A stretch of 64,000 nucleotides of DNA from Candidatus Tenderia sp. (GTDB lineage: Bacteria; Pseudomonadota; Gammaproteobacteria; Tenderiales; Tenderiaceae). The first letter of the stretch is position 1. Every line of letters begins with the position of its first letter. Below, piece after piece: positions 1-10,292 of the stretch. The translations under genes and the position numbers were made by a program. Below the pieces are notes generated by a model. The model had not been told where the DNA came from, did no database searches, and saw only the letters and a list, made by a program, of their open reading frames with translations. The stretch lies in the NCBI GenBank assembly GCA_031416075.1, contig JANOSY010000045.1, forward strand, positions 1 through 64,000, in the 5' to 3' direction.

Positions 1-140
1 TCAGTGTTACTGAAGAGCACGCCGGCCTGACCAAACTGGTGCTGTAACTGGTCAGCCTCAGCGGCAACGCCAAAATAGCGGGCCAACATGACCAGACACA
101 CCAATCCCGTGTCTTGCGGAGCATTCGCCGAATGCGGCAT
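1..140 (-). CDS. Type I secretion system ABC permease/ATPase, HlyB family (5' part only; runs off window start)
   Basis: Manual translation from ATG at 140: MPHSANAPQDTGLVCLVMLARYFGVAAEADQLQHQFGQAGVLFSNT. This resembles the C39-like N-terminal domain of HlyB-type transporters. Not in the ORF track. Confidence 0.75.
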   Translation of the reverse strand, partial: MPHSANAPQDTGLVCLVMLARYFGVAAEADQLQHQFGQAGVLFSNT

Positions 141-823
141 AACTTTTGACCCCCAACTACCTACTGCCTACTACTTTTCACTACTTCAGTGACCCGGCCG
201 CACATGAGCAAACCTCATGCCATCAATAAGTTTATTAATACACTACAGATAGTTAATTGATCACTTCTTGAGCCAATGGCAAATCAAACACAATTTTAAT
301 GTGTATATGTAAATATTCCCGACATTTAACATGGATTCCCAGAAAAGGTAGGTGGGGGATTGTATGGCCGCAGGTCAGTTGCCTCTGACACACGCCGCAG
401 CACCATTGATGGTCCAGGGGATGGTGACGATATGGCCAGCGGTGAGCACGGCGTTTTTTGCCAGGCGGAGGTCATCACACCCCGCACGATGTTAGCGGCG
501 ATTAGTAATGACGACGAATGGCCGGTAACGCTGGCACCGGCCGTTCGCGGTGGGCGGGCTGACCGTCAGCAACGGGTCGGAAACAGCCATTCATGCTTTC
601 CATATACATCGAGATAACCAATCACCAGGAAATCCCATCACCACTGGTTTTACAATGAGGCAGTTCTCAACTGTGGATAGCAAATGACATTTTCAACACC
701 AACCACGGGGGCATTTGTAAACACTGGATTAGATTGTTCAATGCGGCCTGGGGGACTAACAAAAGGACAAGGTTATTTCAGGGGAGCGACTAATTCCCGC
801 TAACTGCTACATATTGTCTACAT

Positions 824-850
824 GAAAAAGCCCGCTTTAGGCGGGCTTTC
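824..850 (-). terminator. Rho-independent terminator downstream of tRNA-Thr
   Basis: Minus strand reads GAAAGCCCGC-CTAAA-GCGGGCTTTTTC: GC-rich stem followed by a U-run. Confidence 0.8.
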
Positions 851-867
851 GTAACTACTTAATTTTA

Positions 868-943
<76 letters not shown>

Positions 944-1002
944 GAGGCTGAAAGTATATTCAACGACTGCCCATGTGGCAATCAAAACGGTGGAATTAAA
1001 CG

Positions 1003-1434
1003 TTAGTGTTTTGGCTGGGCGCTGCGGATGCGAATAACAACCTCTATTCCATCCACTTCGGTGCCGTGTGGCAGGGGTGGCAGGTCGCCTATCAGCAGGG
1101 CGTCTGCATCGACATCGAGCAGCTCGCCGGTATCGACATTGAAAAAGTGATGATGATCTTCGGTGGTTGGGTCATAAAAGACTTTGCTGGGATCGACAAT
1201 CACTTCTCTAACCAGGCCGTTGCGGGCAAACAGGCCGAGGGTGTTGTAGACCGTTGCTTTGGAGACGATAGCCCGCTGTTTGTTGACCATGCCCAGCACT
1301 TGGTCTGCGGAGAGATGTTGTGGCTCTGAGAAGAGTACCTGTGCAATTTCAATGCGTTGCTGTGTGGGGTTGAGTCCTTTGGCGCGCATCAGTTCAATTA
1401 CTTCGGATCTTGCTAGTGGATATTTGGCTATCAT
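1003..1434 (-). CDS. Fur-family transcriptional regulator (Irr-like)
   Basis: TQQR...HLSAD...VSKATVYNTL winged HTH and HHHFF metal/heme motif; no CxxC pairs. Confidence 0.85.
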   Translation of the reverse strand: MIAKYPLARSEVIELMRAKGLNPTQQRIEIAQVLFSEPQHLSADQVLGMVNKQRAIVSKATVYNTLGLFARNGLVREVIVDPSKVFYDPTTEDHHHFFNVDTGELLDVDADALLIGDLPPLPHGTEVDGIEVVIRIRSAQPKH

Positions 1435-1502
1435 CTTCTGAATACTGTTGGTTTTCCAAGGATCAGCTTACGTTACTGACCAATTAAGTCAATATTTCAT
1501 GG

Positions 1503-2588
1503 TTAATGTTCGCTGTGCCAGGCGTAGGGTGTCGGGTTGACCATGGGGTCTCTTCGGAGCACGATGTCGGCCAGTAGCCGGGCTGAACCTGGGCCGGTGA
1601 CTACGCCGTTACGGAACTGGCCGGTATTGATGAACAGCCCGTTCACTTCGGGGTGTGTACATATATAAGGTATACCCAGCCCCGTGCCGGGGCGCAGTCC
1701 GGCCCAATGGTTGACCAGCGGGGCCTTGAGCAGGGCGGGCATGATCCGGCGGGCGGCGGCCAACAAGGTCTGTTCTGCTACGGCAGTGGTGTTTTTGTCG
1801 AAGCCGACCCGCTCCATGGTGCTGCCGACCAGGACATGACCATCACGCCGGGGGATCAGGTAGTGGCCTTCGGCCATGACGATATGTTTTACAAATCCTG
1901 GCTCTGTTTTAAACAGTAACATCTGCCCACGTACTGGCTCGACGTTGAGCCTTGGCCCGAGTTTTTCCAGCAGGGCGCGGCTCCAGGCCCCCCCGGCAAC
2001 CACCACGTTTGCTGCGGATAGGTTGCCTGTGGTGGTTTTAACCCCTGTTACAGCACCGGCGTCGACGTTGATCTCTGTGACGGGGGTGCAGGTCTGGAAA
2101 GAGACCCCTTTGATCTCAAGGTATTTGACCAGTGCCTGCATCAAACGCGGGTTGCGGAGCTGGCCAATCTGCGGCATCCACAGGGCATCAAAACCATTCT
2201 CCAGCTGTGGTTCAAGCCGCTGGCTCGCCGCGGCATCAATACGCTCCAGATGAACATGGTGTTGTGCGGCCCACTGTTGTGCTTTGTTGACGTCTGCATC
2301 GGCCTGCATCAATAGGCCACTCGGGATGAACTCCGGGTCAATGCCCGAGACCTCAAACAGCTCGGCGGCCAACGCTTCAAACCGGGGTTGGCCCCAGGCC
2401 GCCAGTGCCGTGACAGCCGCCGGATACCGCCAGGGGTAGAGCGGGGAGAGAATGCCGCCACCGGCCCATGATGACTCTCGGGCCAGCTCACCACGCTCCA
2501 CCACCGTTACGGCGGCCCCTGCCAGCACAAACTCACGCGCTGCCAGCAGTCCGGCCAACCCACCACCCACAATCAGAATTTCGCTCAT
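1503..2588 (-). CDS. thiO: Glycine oxidase ThiO
   Basis: GGGLAG FAD motif, SWAGGGILSP, WAGLRP, RNG; start taken at MSEILIV. Confidence 0.88.
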   Translation of the reverse strand: MSEILIVGGGLAGLLAAREFVLAGAAVTVVERGELARESSWAGGGILSPLYPWRYPAAVTALAAWGQPRFEALAAELFEVSGIDPEFIPSGLLMQADADVNKAQQWAAQHHVHLERIDAAASQRLEPQLENGFDALWMPQIGQLRNPRLMQALVKYLEIKGVSFQTCTPVTEINVDAGAVTGVKTTTGNLSAANVVVAGGAWSRALLEKLGPRLNVEPVRGQMLLFKTEPGFVKHIVMAEGHYLIPRRDGHVLVGSTMERVGFDKNTTAVAEQTLLAAARRIMPALLKAPLVNHWAGLRPGTGLGIPYICTHPEVNGLFINTGQFRNGVVTGPGSARLLADIVLRRDPMVNPTPYAWHSEH

Positions 2589-2792
2589 GGCGGCAATTAT
2601 TCCATATTTCACAACACCGAGTACAACCACACTATAAAGATGGTGATCGCAACTGCAAAAACTGAATGCCACTCATCGCCCTGTCACTACCATTAGTCCC
2701 ATCCCCGACCTAAGTCCAATCAACAAGCAGCCATACTTGTGGTACCTTTCCGCCATTCGTGCACTAGCAGCCACTTTTGGAGGCATATTGAG

Positions 2793-3314
2793 ATGAGCAA
2801 CAGCACCCACCGCCAGCAAGGACTCTCCCTGTTAGAGGTTCTGATATCACTGGTTGTGCTCTCTGTCGGTCTGCTTGGCATAGCGGGCATGCAGGCAACC
2901 GGGTTACGTAACAACCACTCCGCCTATACCAAAACCCAGGCCAGCGCCCTGGCGGTTGATATGGCAGACCGCATCCGCGCCAACCCCGCTGCCGCAGCCA
3001 GCTACGAAGGGCTTGATACTGATAAAGAAGTCAGCTTCCCGGCACCAACGGCCGCCACGTGTAACACAACTACGACTACCAACTGCACGCCTGTAGAGAT
3101 GGCGATTTACGACATATATCAGTGGAGCCAGCCCATCGTCTCAGGCACTGCCCCACTTATCCCCGGCGGACGGGCCACTATCACCAGAGCCGGTGACATA
3201 TTCACCATCACCCTGTTCTGGTTAGAGCCTGGTTATGGCCAGATGAAAAAAACCAAGTGTGTCAACACTCAGGCGGCAGATGTCGCCTGCTTGGCAATGA
3301 GCTTCCAGATATGA
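2793..3314 (+). CDS. pilV: Type IV pilus modification protein PilV
   Basis: Prepilin motif QQG|LSLLEVLISL, then LA.DMADRIRAN. Confidence 0.9.
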   Translation: MSNSTHRQQGLSLLEVLISLVVLSVGLLGIAGMQATGLRNNHSAYTKTQASALAVDMADRIRANPAAAASYEGLDTDKEVSFPAPTAATCNTTTTTNCTPVEMAIYDIYQWSQPIVSGTAPLIPGGRATITRAGDIFTITLFWLEPGYGQMKKTKCVNTQAADVACLAMSFQI

Positions 3315-4327
3315 AGATAACCCCACTACAGCGCCAGCAACAGGGGCTATCCCTGGTTGAGCTGATGATCGCCATCACCCTCAGTCTGGTGCTCACCCTG
3401 GGGGTGATCCAGATATTCAGCTCCAGCAAACAGACCAACCGGGTACAAAGCTCCCTCGGCGGGGTGCAGGAGAATGCCCGCTTTGCCCTGGACATACTCA
3501 GCTACGACCTGCGCATGGCGGGCAATATCGGTTGTAACAGCACCATTGCCGTCAACAACAACGCCGCTGCAGACAACCTTCCGCCCATAGGCAACGGCAT
3601 CACCGGTTATGAACGCACCCAGCTAGGCGCTGCTGTTTTCCCGCTGTTAAACAATAGCGCCAACCCCAGCAGTGCCAATGTAGTCGCTGAAACCGATGTG
3701 GTTGTGCTCCGTTATGCCGCCGCCAATACCAGGGCGGTTACAAATGGCACCACCGTCACAACCATACAGCTGGCCAGCAGCATCAGCGCCAAAAACGGCG
3801 ACCCGCTCATTATTAGCGACTGCCAGAGCGCTGACATCTTCATCGCCAACACCGGCAGCAATGACCTCGCCGATGTCGCAACAATCAACCTGGCCACTGG
3901 CAGCCCTAATCTCAGCAAAGTCTACGGCCAAGGTGCCGAAGTGGCACGACTCAAATACGTTGCCTACTACATCCGTACAGATGCAGAGGGTTACAGAAAT
4001 CTATATAGAAGCGAGGTCAACGGAATCACCGGTTCACTGGGAATCATGGACCCAGACCCACTGCTACAAGGGGTGGATAACATGCAGCTGCTCTACGGTG
4101 AACAGCTCAGTAACGGCAATATCCGTTACGTACCTGCCGACACCCCAGGAATCAACATGAACAACATCACCAGCGTCCGGCTCAGCCTGTTATTAAGCAC
4201 CCTGGAAAAAAACCTGACCAGTGATTCACAAAAATATTGGCAAAACGGTGTTCAGACCGTTGCCAGCAGCAATAGCGACAAAAAACTGCTGCGCGGCTTT
4301 ACCACCACCGTTCAACTTCGTAACTAG
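3311..4327 (+). CDS. pilW: Type IV minor pilin PilW
   Basis: QQG|LSLVELMIA, QENARFAL..L..DLRMAG, C-terminal TVQLRN; ATG overlaps the pilV stop. Confidence 0.9.
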   Translation: MKITPLQRQQQGLSLVELMIAITLSLVLTLGVIQIFSSSKQTNRVQSSLGGVQENARFALDILSYDLRMAGNIGCNSTIAVNNNAAADNLPPIGNGITGYERTQLGAAVFPLLNNSANPSSANVVAETDVVVLRYAAANTRAVTNGTTVTTIQLASSISAKNGDPLIISDCQSADIFIANTGSNDLADVATINLATGSPNLSKVYGQGAEVARLKYVAYYIRTDAEGYRNLYRSEVNGITGSLGIMDPDPLLQGVDNMQLLYGEQLSNGNIRYVPADTPGINMNNITSVRLSLLLSTLEKNLTSDSQKYWQNGVQTVASSNSDKKLLRGFTTTVQLRN

Positions 4328-4339
4328 GGGAGACATCCC

Positions 4340-4897
4340 ATGAAACAGCAACACGGCTCCGCACTGATCATCAGCCTGCTCATCCTGCTGGTGATGACCA
4401 TCATCGGCATCAGCGCCATGAGCAGCTCCACCATGGAGGAGAAGATGGCCGCCAACGACCGCAACCAGAAGGCGATCTTTCAAAATGCCGAGAGTGCATT
4501 GGTCACCGCCAGCACAGCACTGATACCGATCCAGTACGAGAATATGCGTACTGACCTGCAGCGGGTGGACCCGGACCCTGACAAATTAAAAAAAGGCTAC
4601 CTGAACCAGGACGACCCGAGCTTTAAGCCGCTCGACTCCAGCAGCTGGGTCACCTCAGGCACCAACGCCAACTGCATTGCCATTAACAACAACAGCAACA
4701 ATAACGGTGACTCCTGTTACGTCGTCGAGGCCGTTCAGCAGTCCCCCAACAGCTTCGAGGCCAGGGATTACGACAACCCAACCACCAGGGTCGGCGACAT
4801 CATGAACTACAAAATCACCGTGCGCAGTACAGATGCTAACCGTGTCAGCACCGCCACCCTGCAAGGTGGCCTGAAAGTACCTATTCCCCCCCAATAA
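4340..4897 (+). CDS. pilX: Type IV minor pilin PilX
   Basis: QHG|SALIISLLILL (no Glu5), EEKMAAN...FQNAESAL. Confidence 0.88.
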   Translation: MKQQHGSALIISLLILLVMTIIGISAMSSSTMEEKMAANDRNQKAIFQNAESALVTASTALIPIQYENMRTDLQRVDPDPDKLKKGYLNQDDPSFKPLDSSSWVTSGTNANCIAINNNSNNNGDSCYVVEAVQQSPNSFEARDYDNPTTRVGDIMNYKITVRSTDANRVSTATLQGGLKVPIPPQ

Positions 4898-4912
4898 TAC
4901 GAGGCCGCCATC

Positions 4913-7900
4913 ATGAAATCAGCCCCTACTCTATCTGTTGTTGTGCGCCAGGCTGGCCGGCTCGTCCTTGTCGGACTGCTGCCGCTCGCCGCTGCACAGG
5001 CCACCGATCTGGCCCAGTCACCGCTCTACCTGTTAAACGCCGGTACCCCCAACATCTTTTTCCTCAATGACGACTCCGGCAGTATGAAAGAAGAAAAATT
5101 TGATGGTGTGGCAGATGGAGACGTGAATTTTCATGAAAGAAACCCACTCTACTACAACCCCAAAACCAAGTATCTGCCTTGGCCAGGTCTCGACTCCAGT
5201 GGCAATCCACGTTATGCAAATATGACCTTAACTGCGGCAAATAATTACGATGATGCCACCATGACAAAGAGTGTCGTCAATCTCATCACTGCGGGCTGGT
5301 CCTATCAATACAGAGATAATAGTAATGCCAGACAGACTCAACCAGTCTCCGCTTCCATGGCCGCTGCCGACAAAACCAACTTTGCCAACTGGTATACCTA
5401 CCACCGCAGCCGCGCCAAGGCGGCCAAGTACGCTATCGGCAGCGCCGTGAACAACAGCACAGGCAAACGGATCGGGTACGGCACCATCAATGACGTTGCG
5501 AGAACAGCGAGCAGAGTCATTCCCATTACTGACAATAACAATAGCACCGTATTAAATGCGCTTTACAGCACATCCAGCAGTAGCGGCACCCCCTTGCAAA
5601 TCAGCCTGGACTGGGCAGGGAAATATTTTGAAGGCATAGCAACCTCTAACTCAGCAACACTCGCTTCACCAATACTGATTGAAACAAAGGGTGGTGCCTG
5701 TCAGTTAAACAACACCATCCTCATGACCGACGGTTATTACAATAATGATGGGGATGATCTTAATCCACTACCAACTGTTGGCAATGCCGATGGCGATAAA
5801 AACAGTGCCTTTGATGGCCCACCCTACAGCGACAGCGACAGCCCCCCTCACTCCAACACCCTGGCCGATATCGCCATGCACTACTACGAACGTGACCTGT
5901 CACCGCTGCTGCCCAACAAGGCAAAAGGGAATGACGAAGCCACCCATCAACGTATGCAGACCTATACAGTGGCGTTTGGATTAAACGGGAATATCCCGAA
6001 CCCTAACGAACTCAACTTCAATACCCTGACTAGCTATAACTGGGGCGTCGATCCCACCGGAAGCGACAAACTGGCAAAAATCGACGACCTGTTCCACGCC
6101 TCTGTGAACAGCCGCGCCCGCTACTTCAGCGCGGGCGATCCAAACCAGCTGGTCACTGCCCTTAACGACATAGTGAGCGGCATTGGCAGCGCTGGTAACA
6201 GCGCCAATGTGGTTGCCACCTCAGCCTTCAGCCTCAAAGCGAATAATCTGGTGATCACCACCAGCTTCAACCCTGCCGACTGGTCTGGCGAGATCAAGGC
6301 ACTCAAGGTCAAGGCCGACGGCACGTTAGACGAAACCACACCGGCCTGGAGCAGCAATACTACGTTGCCGTTCAACTTCAAACGCAACATTATCACTCAC
6401 AACGGCACCAAGGGCGTCCCCTTTATCTGGAGCTACCTGACCGCTACGCAAAAAAGCAGCCTTACTGTCAGCGGCGACATGTCAGGCTACAACCAGTATC
6501 GTCTTGCCTACCTGCGAGGTCAGGACAATATAAATCTTGACGGCACCCCCATCAGCCTTAAAGAATTACGCAAGCGCTCCTCAGTCATGGGCGATGTGGT
6601 CAACTCATCCCCCGTCTACGTGGGTGCCCCGTCGCTGTTCTACCCAGACGCCGCCCCCTTTGGTGAAAAAGGCAACCGGTACACCAAATTCTGGTTTGAC
6701 AACAAAGGTCGCACCCCAATGGTCTATGTAGGGGCCAATGACGGCATGTTGCACGGTTTTAAGGTAAGTGATGGCACAGAACAGTTTGCCTACGTGCCCA
6801 ACATCACCTTCCCGAAACTGAAGGAGATCACTGATCCGGCATTCCGTACCGCACATCAATATTTTGTTGATCAGACCCCAACCATCTCCGACGTTTACAC
6901 TAATAGCGCGTGGAAAAGTGTTCTGGTGAGTGGTTTGGGTGCCGGTGGTCGCGGCCTGTTTGCGCTGGACATTACCGACCCCAGCAAACTCACCGAGGCC
7001 AATGCCGATAAAGTGGCGCTGTGGGAGTTTAGCAATGCTGACGACGTTGACCTTGGTTACACCCTCTCAAAGCCGGTGATTGCCCTGTCTGAAAGTGGTA
7101 AATGGGTCGCCATCACGGGCAATGGTTACGGTGCCGAAAGCGGTGATGCTGCACTTTTCATCCTTGATATTAATGCCAGCGGTGTTTGGTCTGACACTAC
7201 CAACTACAAAAAAATAGTCACTGGCGATCAGACCAGCAACGGTCTGTTTTCACCGGCGGCGGTTGATACCGATGGCAACGGCAAGGTGGACCGCGTCTAC
7301 GCTGGCGACCTACTGGGCAATATGTGGGTGTTTAACTTAAACGACAACAGCAAGAGGCTGCTGTTTACAGCAAAAGATAAGGATGGCAAGGCACAACCCA
7401 TCACCAGCAAACCCACCGTGATTCGCCACCCCAGCGAAACCACCAAGGATGGTAATAAACCCAATATGCTGGTCCTGTTTGGCACGGGCAGTTATCTGAA
7501 ACAGAGCGACCTTGCCAACAGTGATGATCAGAGTTTTTATGCGGTTTGGGACGATGGTACCAACAACCTGACACGCAGCAATCTGGCCAACCCAACACTC
7601 AATACCGGCACAGACACCACACTCAGTATCGCTGCCCGCACCACCAGCACAATTGATGTGGCCTATAAAACCACAGGCACCGGCAAACAATACGGCTGGT
7701 ATGTTGAACTTGATAGCAAGGGTGATCAACCGAGCGAGCGGGTTGTGACCAGCGCCAACGTTTATCAGGGCATTGTCTTTTTCACCACTTACGCCCCCTC
7801 CAACAACCCTTGTGATGCGGGTGGAGAGAGCTGGTTTATGACCATGAAGGCCAGCAACGGTGCCCCGCCCGATAAACCCATCATCAGCATTAACAAAAAC

Positions 7901-8116
7901 CGGACCATTGAAGATGCTGACGTGGTGACGATGGCAGGGATGACCAAGGTGGCCCCCTCAGGGCTGAAGATTGAAGGCGGTGCCTTTGGTGTGCGCATGA
8001 CCAATGACTCGTTTATCATTGCCTCACCTAATTCACGTGAGAGTCTCTTCCATAATCTTGGTACCTTAGTCGAACCGGCTGGCCGTATCTCCTGGCGTGA
8101 ACTGCGCCGCGAATAA
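4913..8116 (+). CDS. pilY1: Type IV pilus tip adhesin PilY1
   Basis: Signal peptide, vWA-like DDSGSM, YVGANDGMLHGF, Ca-binding loop DTDGNGKVD, C-terminal GRISWREL. Confidence 0.93.
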   Translation: MKSAPTLSVVVRQAGRLVLVGLLPLAAAQATDLAQSPLYLLNAGTPNIFFLNDDSGSMKEEKFDGVADGDVNFHERNPLYYNPKTKYLPWPGLDSSGNPRYANMTLTAANNYDDATMTKSVVNLITAGWSYQYRDNSNARQTQPVSASMAAADKTNFANWYTYHRSRAKAAKYAIGSAVNNSTGKRIGYGTINDVARTASRVIPITDNNNSTVLNALYSTSSSSGTPLQISLDWAGKYFEGIATSNSATLASPILIETKGGACQLNNTILMTDGYYNNDGDDLNPLPTVGNADGDKNSAFDGPPYSDSDSPPHSNTLADIAMHYYERDLSPLLPNKAKGNDEATHQRMQTYTVAFGLNGNIPNPNELNFNTLTSYNWGVDPTGSDKLAKIDDLFHASVNSRARYFSAGDPNQLVTALNDIVSGIGSAGNSANVVATSAFSLKANNLVITTSFNPADWSGEIKALKVKADGTLDETTPAWSSNTTLPFNFKRNIITHNGTKGVPFIWSYLTATQKSSLTVSGDMSGYNQYRLAYLRGQDNINLDGTPISLKELRKRSSVMGDVVNSSPVYVGAPSLFYPDAAPFGEKGNRYTKFWFDNKGRTPMVYVGANDGMLHGFKVSDGTEQFAYVPNITFPKLKEITDPAFRTAHQYFVDQTPTISDVYTNSAWKSVLVSGLGAGGRGLFALDITDPSKLTEANADKVALWEFSNADDVDLGYTLSKPVIALSESGKWVAITGNGYGAESGDAALFILDINASGVWSDTTNYKKIVTGDQTSNGLFSPAAVDTDGNGKVDRVYAGDLLGNMWVFNLNDNSKRLLFTAKDKDGKAQPITSKPTVIRHPSETTKDGNKPNMLVLFGTGSYLKQSDLANSDDQSFYAVWDDGTNNLTRSNLANPTLNTGTDTTLSIAARTTSTIDVAYKTTGTGKQYGWYVELDSKGDQPSERVVTSANVYQGIVFFTTYAPSNNPCDAGGESWFMTMKASNGAPPDKPIISINKNRTIEDADVVTMAGMTKVAPSGLKIEGGAFGVRMTNDSFIIASPNSRESLFHNLGTLVEPAGRISWRELRRE

Positions 8117-8138
8117 CCTGCTGACAGATAAAAAGACC

Positions 8139-8159
8139 GGGGGGCAATCCACGCCCCCC
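8139..8159. terminator. GC hairpin between pilY1 and pilE
   Basis: GGGGGGC-AATCCAC-GCCCCCC flanked by A-runs. May be an mRNA stabiliser or an antisense terminator. Confidence 0.45.
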
Positions 8160-8175
8160 ATAAAAAAATAGGGAC

Positions 8176-8616
8176 ATGATGAACAGACGCAATAGCAGTG
8201 AGGGTGGTTTTACCTTAATCGAGGTGATGGTGGTGGTGGTTATCGTGGGCATCCTTGCCACCGTCGCCTACCCCTCCTACCAGGATGTGGTACGCCAGAC
8301 CCGGCGTGCCGATGGGGTTAGCGCCCTCTCAGATGTGATGGCACGGCAGGAGCGCTCATTTACGGACTTCAATATCTATACAGCCGATCTGTCAGCATTG
8401 GGATTCCCCCTGGACAGCAACGGTAAATATGTTCCGGGGGGCGGTTACTACCTAATCAGTGCAAGTGCCTGCACTGGCCTGGCACTGAACCGCTGTGTCT
8501 TGCTGACAGCCACGGGGCAAAAAGGGCAGGAAAACGATGGCAGTAGTGGTGCCTGCAAGGTGCTCACCCTCAACTCACAGGGTGTAAAGGGGCCAGCTGA
8601 CTGCTGGAAAAAATAG
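8176..8616 (+). CDS. pilE: Type IV minor pilin PilE
   Basis: GG|FTLIEVMVVV, AYPSY..V...RR.D, C-terminal C..LTLNSQG.K....CW. Confidence 0.9.
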   Translation: MMNRRNSSEGGFTLIEVMVVVVIVGILATVAYPSYQDVVRQTRRADGVSALSDVMARQERSFTDFNIYTADLSALGFPLDSNGKYVPGGGYYLISASACTGLALNRCVLLTATGQKGQENDGSSGACKVLTLNSQGVKGPADCWKK

Positions 8617-9474
8617 TCAACCGCCGAGCTGTAACGGAAGATTATCGATCAGCCGAGTCTGCCCCAGGCGGGCCGCCACCAGCAGCCGTAACAGACGGTC
8701 CTCCGCAGCGGCAGGTTTAAGTGTATTGGCATTGACGATGGCGAAGTAGTCCGGCTCAAACCCCACCTGTTTCAGACTCGCCTGCACGGCGGCCTCAATA
8801 CGGCGAAAATCCCGCTCCCCAGACTGAATGCTGGTCGCCGCTGCCACCAGACCCTGGTAGATGATGGGGGCCAGTGCCCGTTCTGAGGGTGACAGATAGC
8901 CATTACGGGAACTCATGGCTAGGCCATCGGCTTCACGCACCGTGGCCACCCCTACCACCTCAACCGGAAAACAGAGGTCGGCCACCATCTGGCGGATCAC
9001 CTGCAGCTGCTGATAATCTTTTTCACCAAACAGTGCCAGATCGGGCTGCACTATATTAAAGAGTTTCGCCACCACCGTTGCCACCCCAACAAAATGGCCG
9101 GGGCGGTGGCTGCCACACAGCCCTTCTGAGAGACCCGTGACCTCGACATGGCTCTTGCCACCTTGGCTGGCGGGGTAGAGCTCATCAACAGCGGGGGCAA
9201 ACAGCAGGTCCGCACCCACCTGCTGCAACTGGATGGAGTCTTCTGGGAGGGTGCGGGGGTAGGCGTCAAAATCATCATTGGGGCCAAACTGTAGCGGGTT
9301 GACAAAGATAGTCACCACCACCCGGTCGGCCAGCCGTCTGGCCCGCTCCACCAGCTGCAGATGACCCGCGTGCAGATTGCCCATGGTGGGCACAATAGCG
9401 ATGCGCTGCCCGGCCTGCCGCCAGGTTGCCACCTGCTGGCGCACAGCGCTTATGCTATTGACCGTCTGCATCAC
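8617..9474 (-). CDS. panC: Pantoate--beta-alanine ligase
   Basis: PTMGNLHAGH, RPGHF, FGEKDYQQ, GLAMSSRN, RLIDN. Confidence 0.97.
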   Translation of the reverse strand: MMQTVNSISAVRQQVATWRQAGQRIAIVPTMGNLHAGHLQLVERARRLADRVVVTIFVNPLQFGPNDDFDAYPRTLPEDSIQLQQVGADLLFAPAVDELYPASQGGKSHVEVTGLSEGLCGSHRPGHFVGVATVVAKLFNIVQPDLALFGEKDYQQLQVIRQMVADLCFPVEVVGVATVREADGLAMSSRNGYLSPSERALAPIIYQGLVAAATSIQSGERDFRRIEAAVQASLKQVGFEPDYFAIVNANTLKPAAAEDRLLRLLVAARLGQTRLIDNLPLQLGG

Positions 9475-10283
9475 TCGAACCAGTGCTGTTTGGCGGGAAA
9501 GGTGCCGGACTTCACCTCGGCAACATAGTTACCGATTGCCTCACGCACGCTGCCCGCCCCTTCCATAAAGTCTTTGGAAAAACGTGGCCGTTTACCTGGG
9601 GTGATCGCCAGGATGTCGTAGAGCACCAGCACCTGGGCATCACACTCTGCCCCCGCACCAATGCCAATCACCGGGATGGCAACAGTCTGGGTGATCTCTG
9701 CCGCCAGCGCGGTGGGCACACACTCCAGCAGCAACATATCTGCCCCCGCCGCCTCCAGCGCGATAGCACTGGCGACCATCGCCCGCGCCGCCTCGGCCTC
9801 ACGCCCCTGTACCCGATAGCCGCCCTGTTTGTGTACACTCTGCGGCTGCAACCCCAGATGGGCACAGACCGGTATGCCACGGCGCGCCAGCTCCGTCACA
9901 ATCTCCAGCTGCACACCGCTCCCCTCCAGCTTAATAATCTCCGCCCCCCCCTCCTGCATCAGCCGGGTGGCATTAACCAGCGCCTGCTCTATTAGGGTGC
10001 AGGCCATAAATGGCATGTCAACCATCAGCAGCGCCCGCTGCCGACCCCGCGCCACGGCACGACTGTGGTAGATCATATCCTCCATGCTCACCGGCACGGT
10101 GGTGGTATGTCCCTGAATCACCATGCCCAGAGAATCCCCCACCAGGATCAGCTCCACACCTGACTCATCAAGCAGCTGAGTAAACGAGGCATCATAAGCC
10201 GTCAGGCAGGTAAATTTTTCACCCTGCTGTTTCATTTTACGAAGATGGTTTAAGGTGATCGCCACCGGTTTGTCAGCACTCAT
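9471..10283 (-). CDS. panB: 3-methyl-2-oxobutanoate hydroxymethyltransferase
   Basis: LTAYD, LVGDSLGM, KLEG, HLGLQPQ, IGIGAG. Confidence 0.97.
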   Translation of the reverse strand: MSADKPVAITLNHLRKMKQQGEKFTCLTAYDASFTQLLDESGVELILVGDSLGMVIQGHTTTVPVSMEDMIYHSRAVARGRQRALLMVDMPFMACTLIEQALVNATRLMQEGGAEIIKLEGSGVQLEIVTELARRGIPVCAHLGLQPQSVHKQGGYRVQGREAEAARAMVASAIALEAAGADMLLLECVPTALAAEITQTVAIPVIGIGAGAECDAQVLVLYDILAITPGKRPRFSKDFMEGAGSVREAIGNYVAEVKSGTFPAKQHWFE

Positions 10284-10292
10284 GATTCACCT

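Noticed and set aside
360-617. 85-aa ORF near the tRNA
   Set aside because: TTG start, no recognisable motif in either orientation.
2589-2672. Extended N-termini given by the ORF track (thiO; likewise pilV, pilW, parE, wcaF, APH kinase)
   Set aside because: Conserved domains and start/stop overlaps indicate downstream starts.
4870-4897. PilX C-terminal VPIPPQ as an exosortase sorting signal
   Set aside because: No transmembrane helix or basic tail follows.
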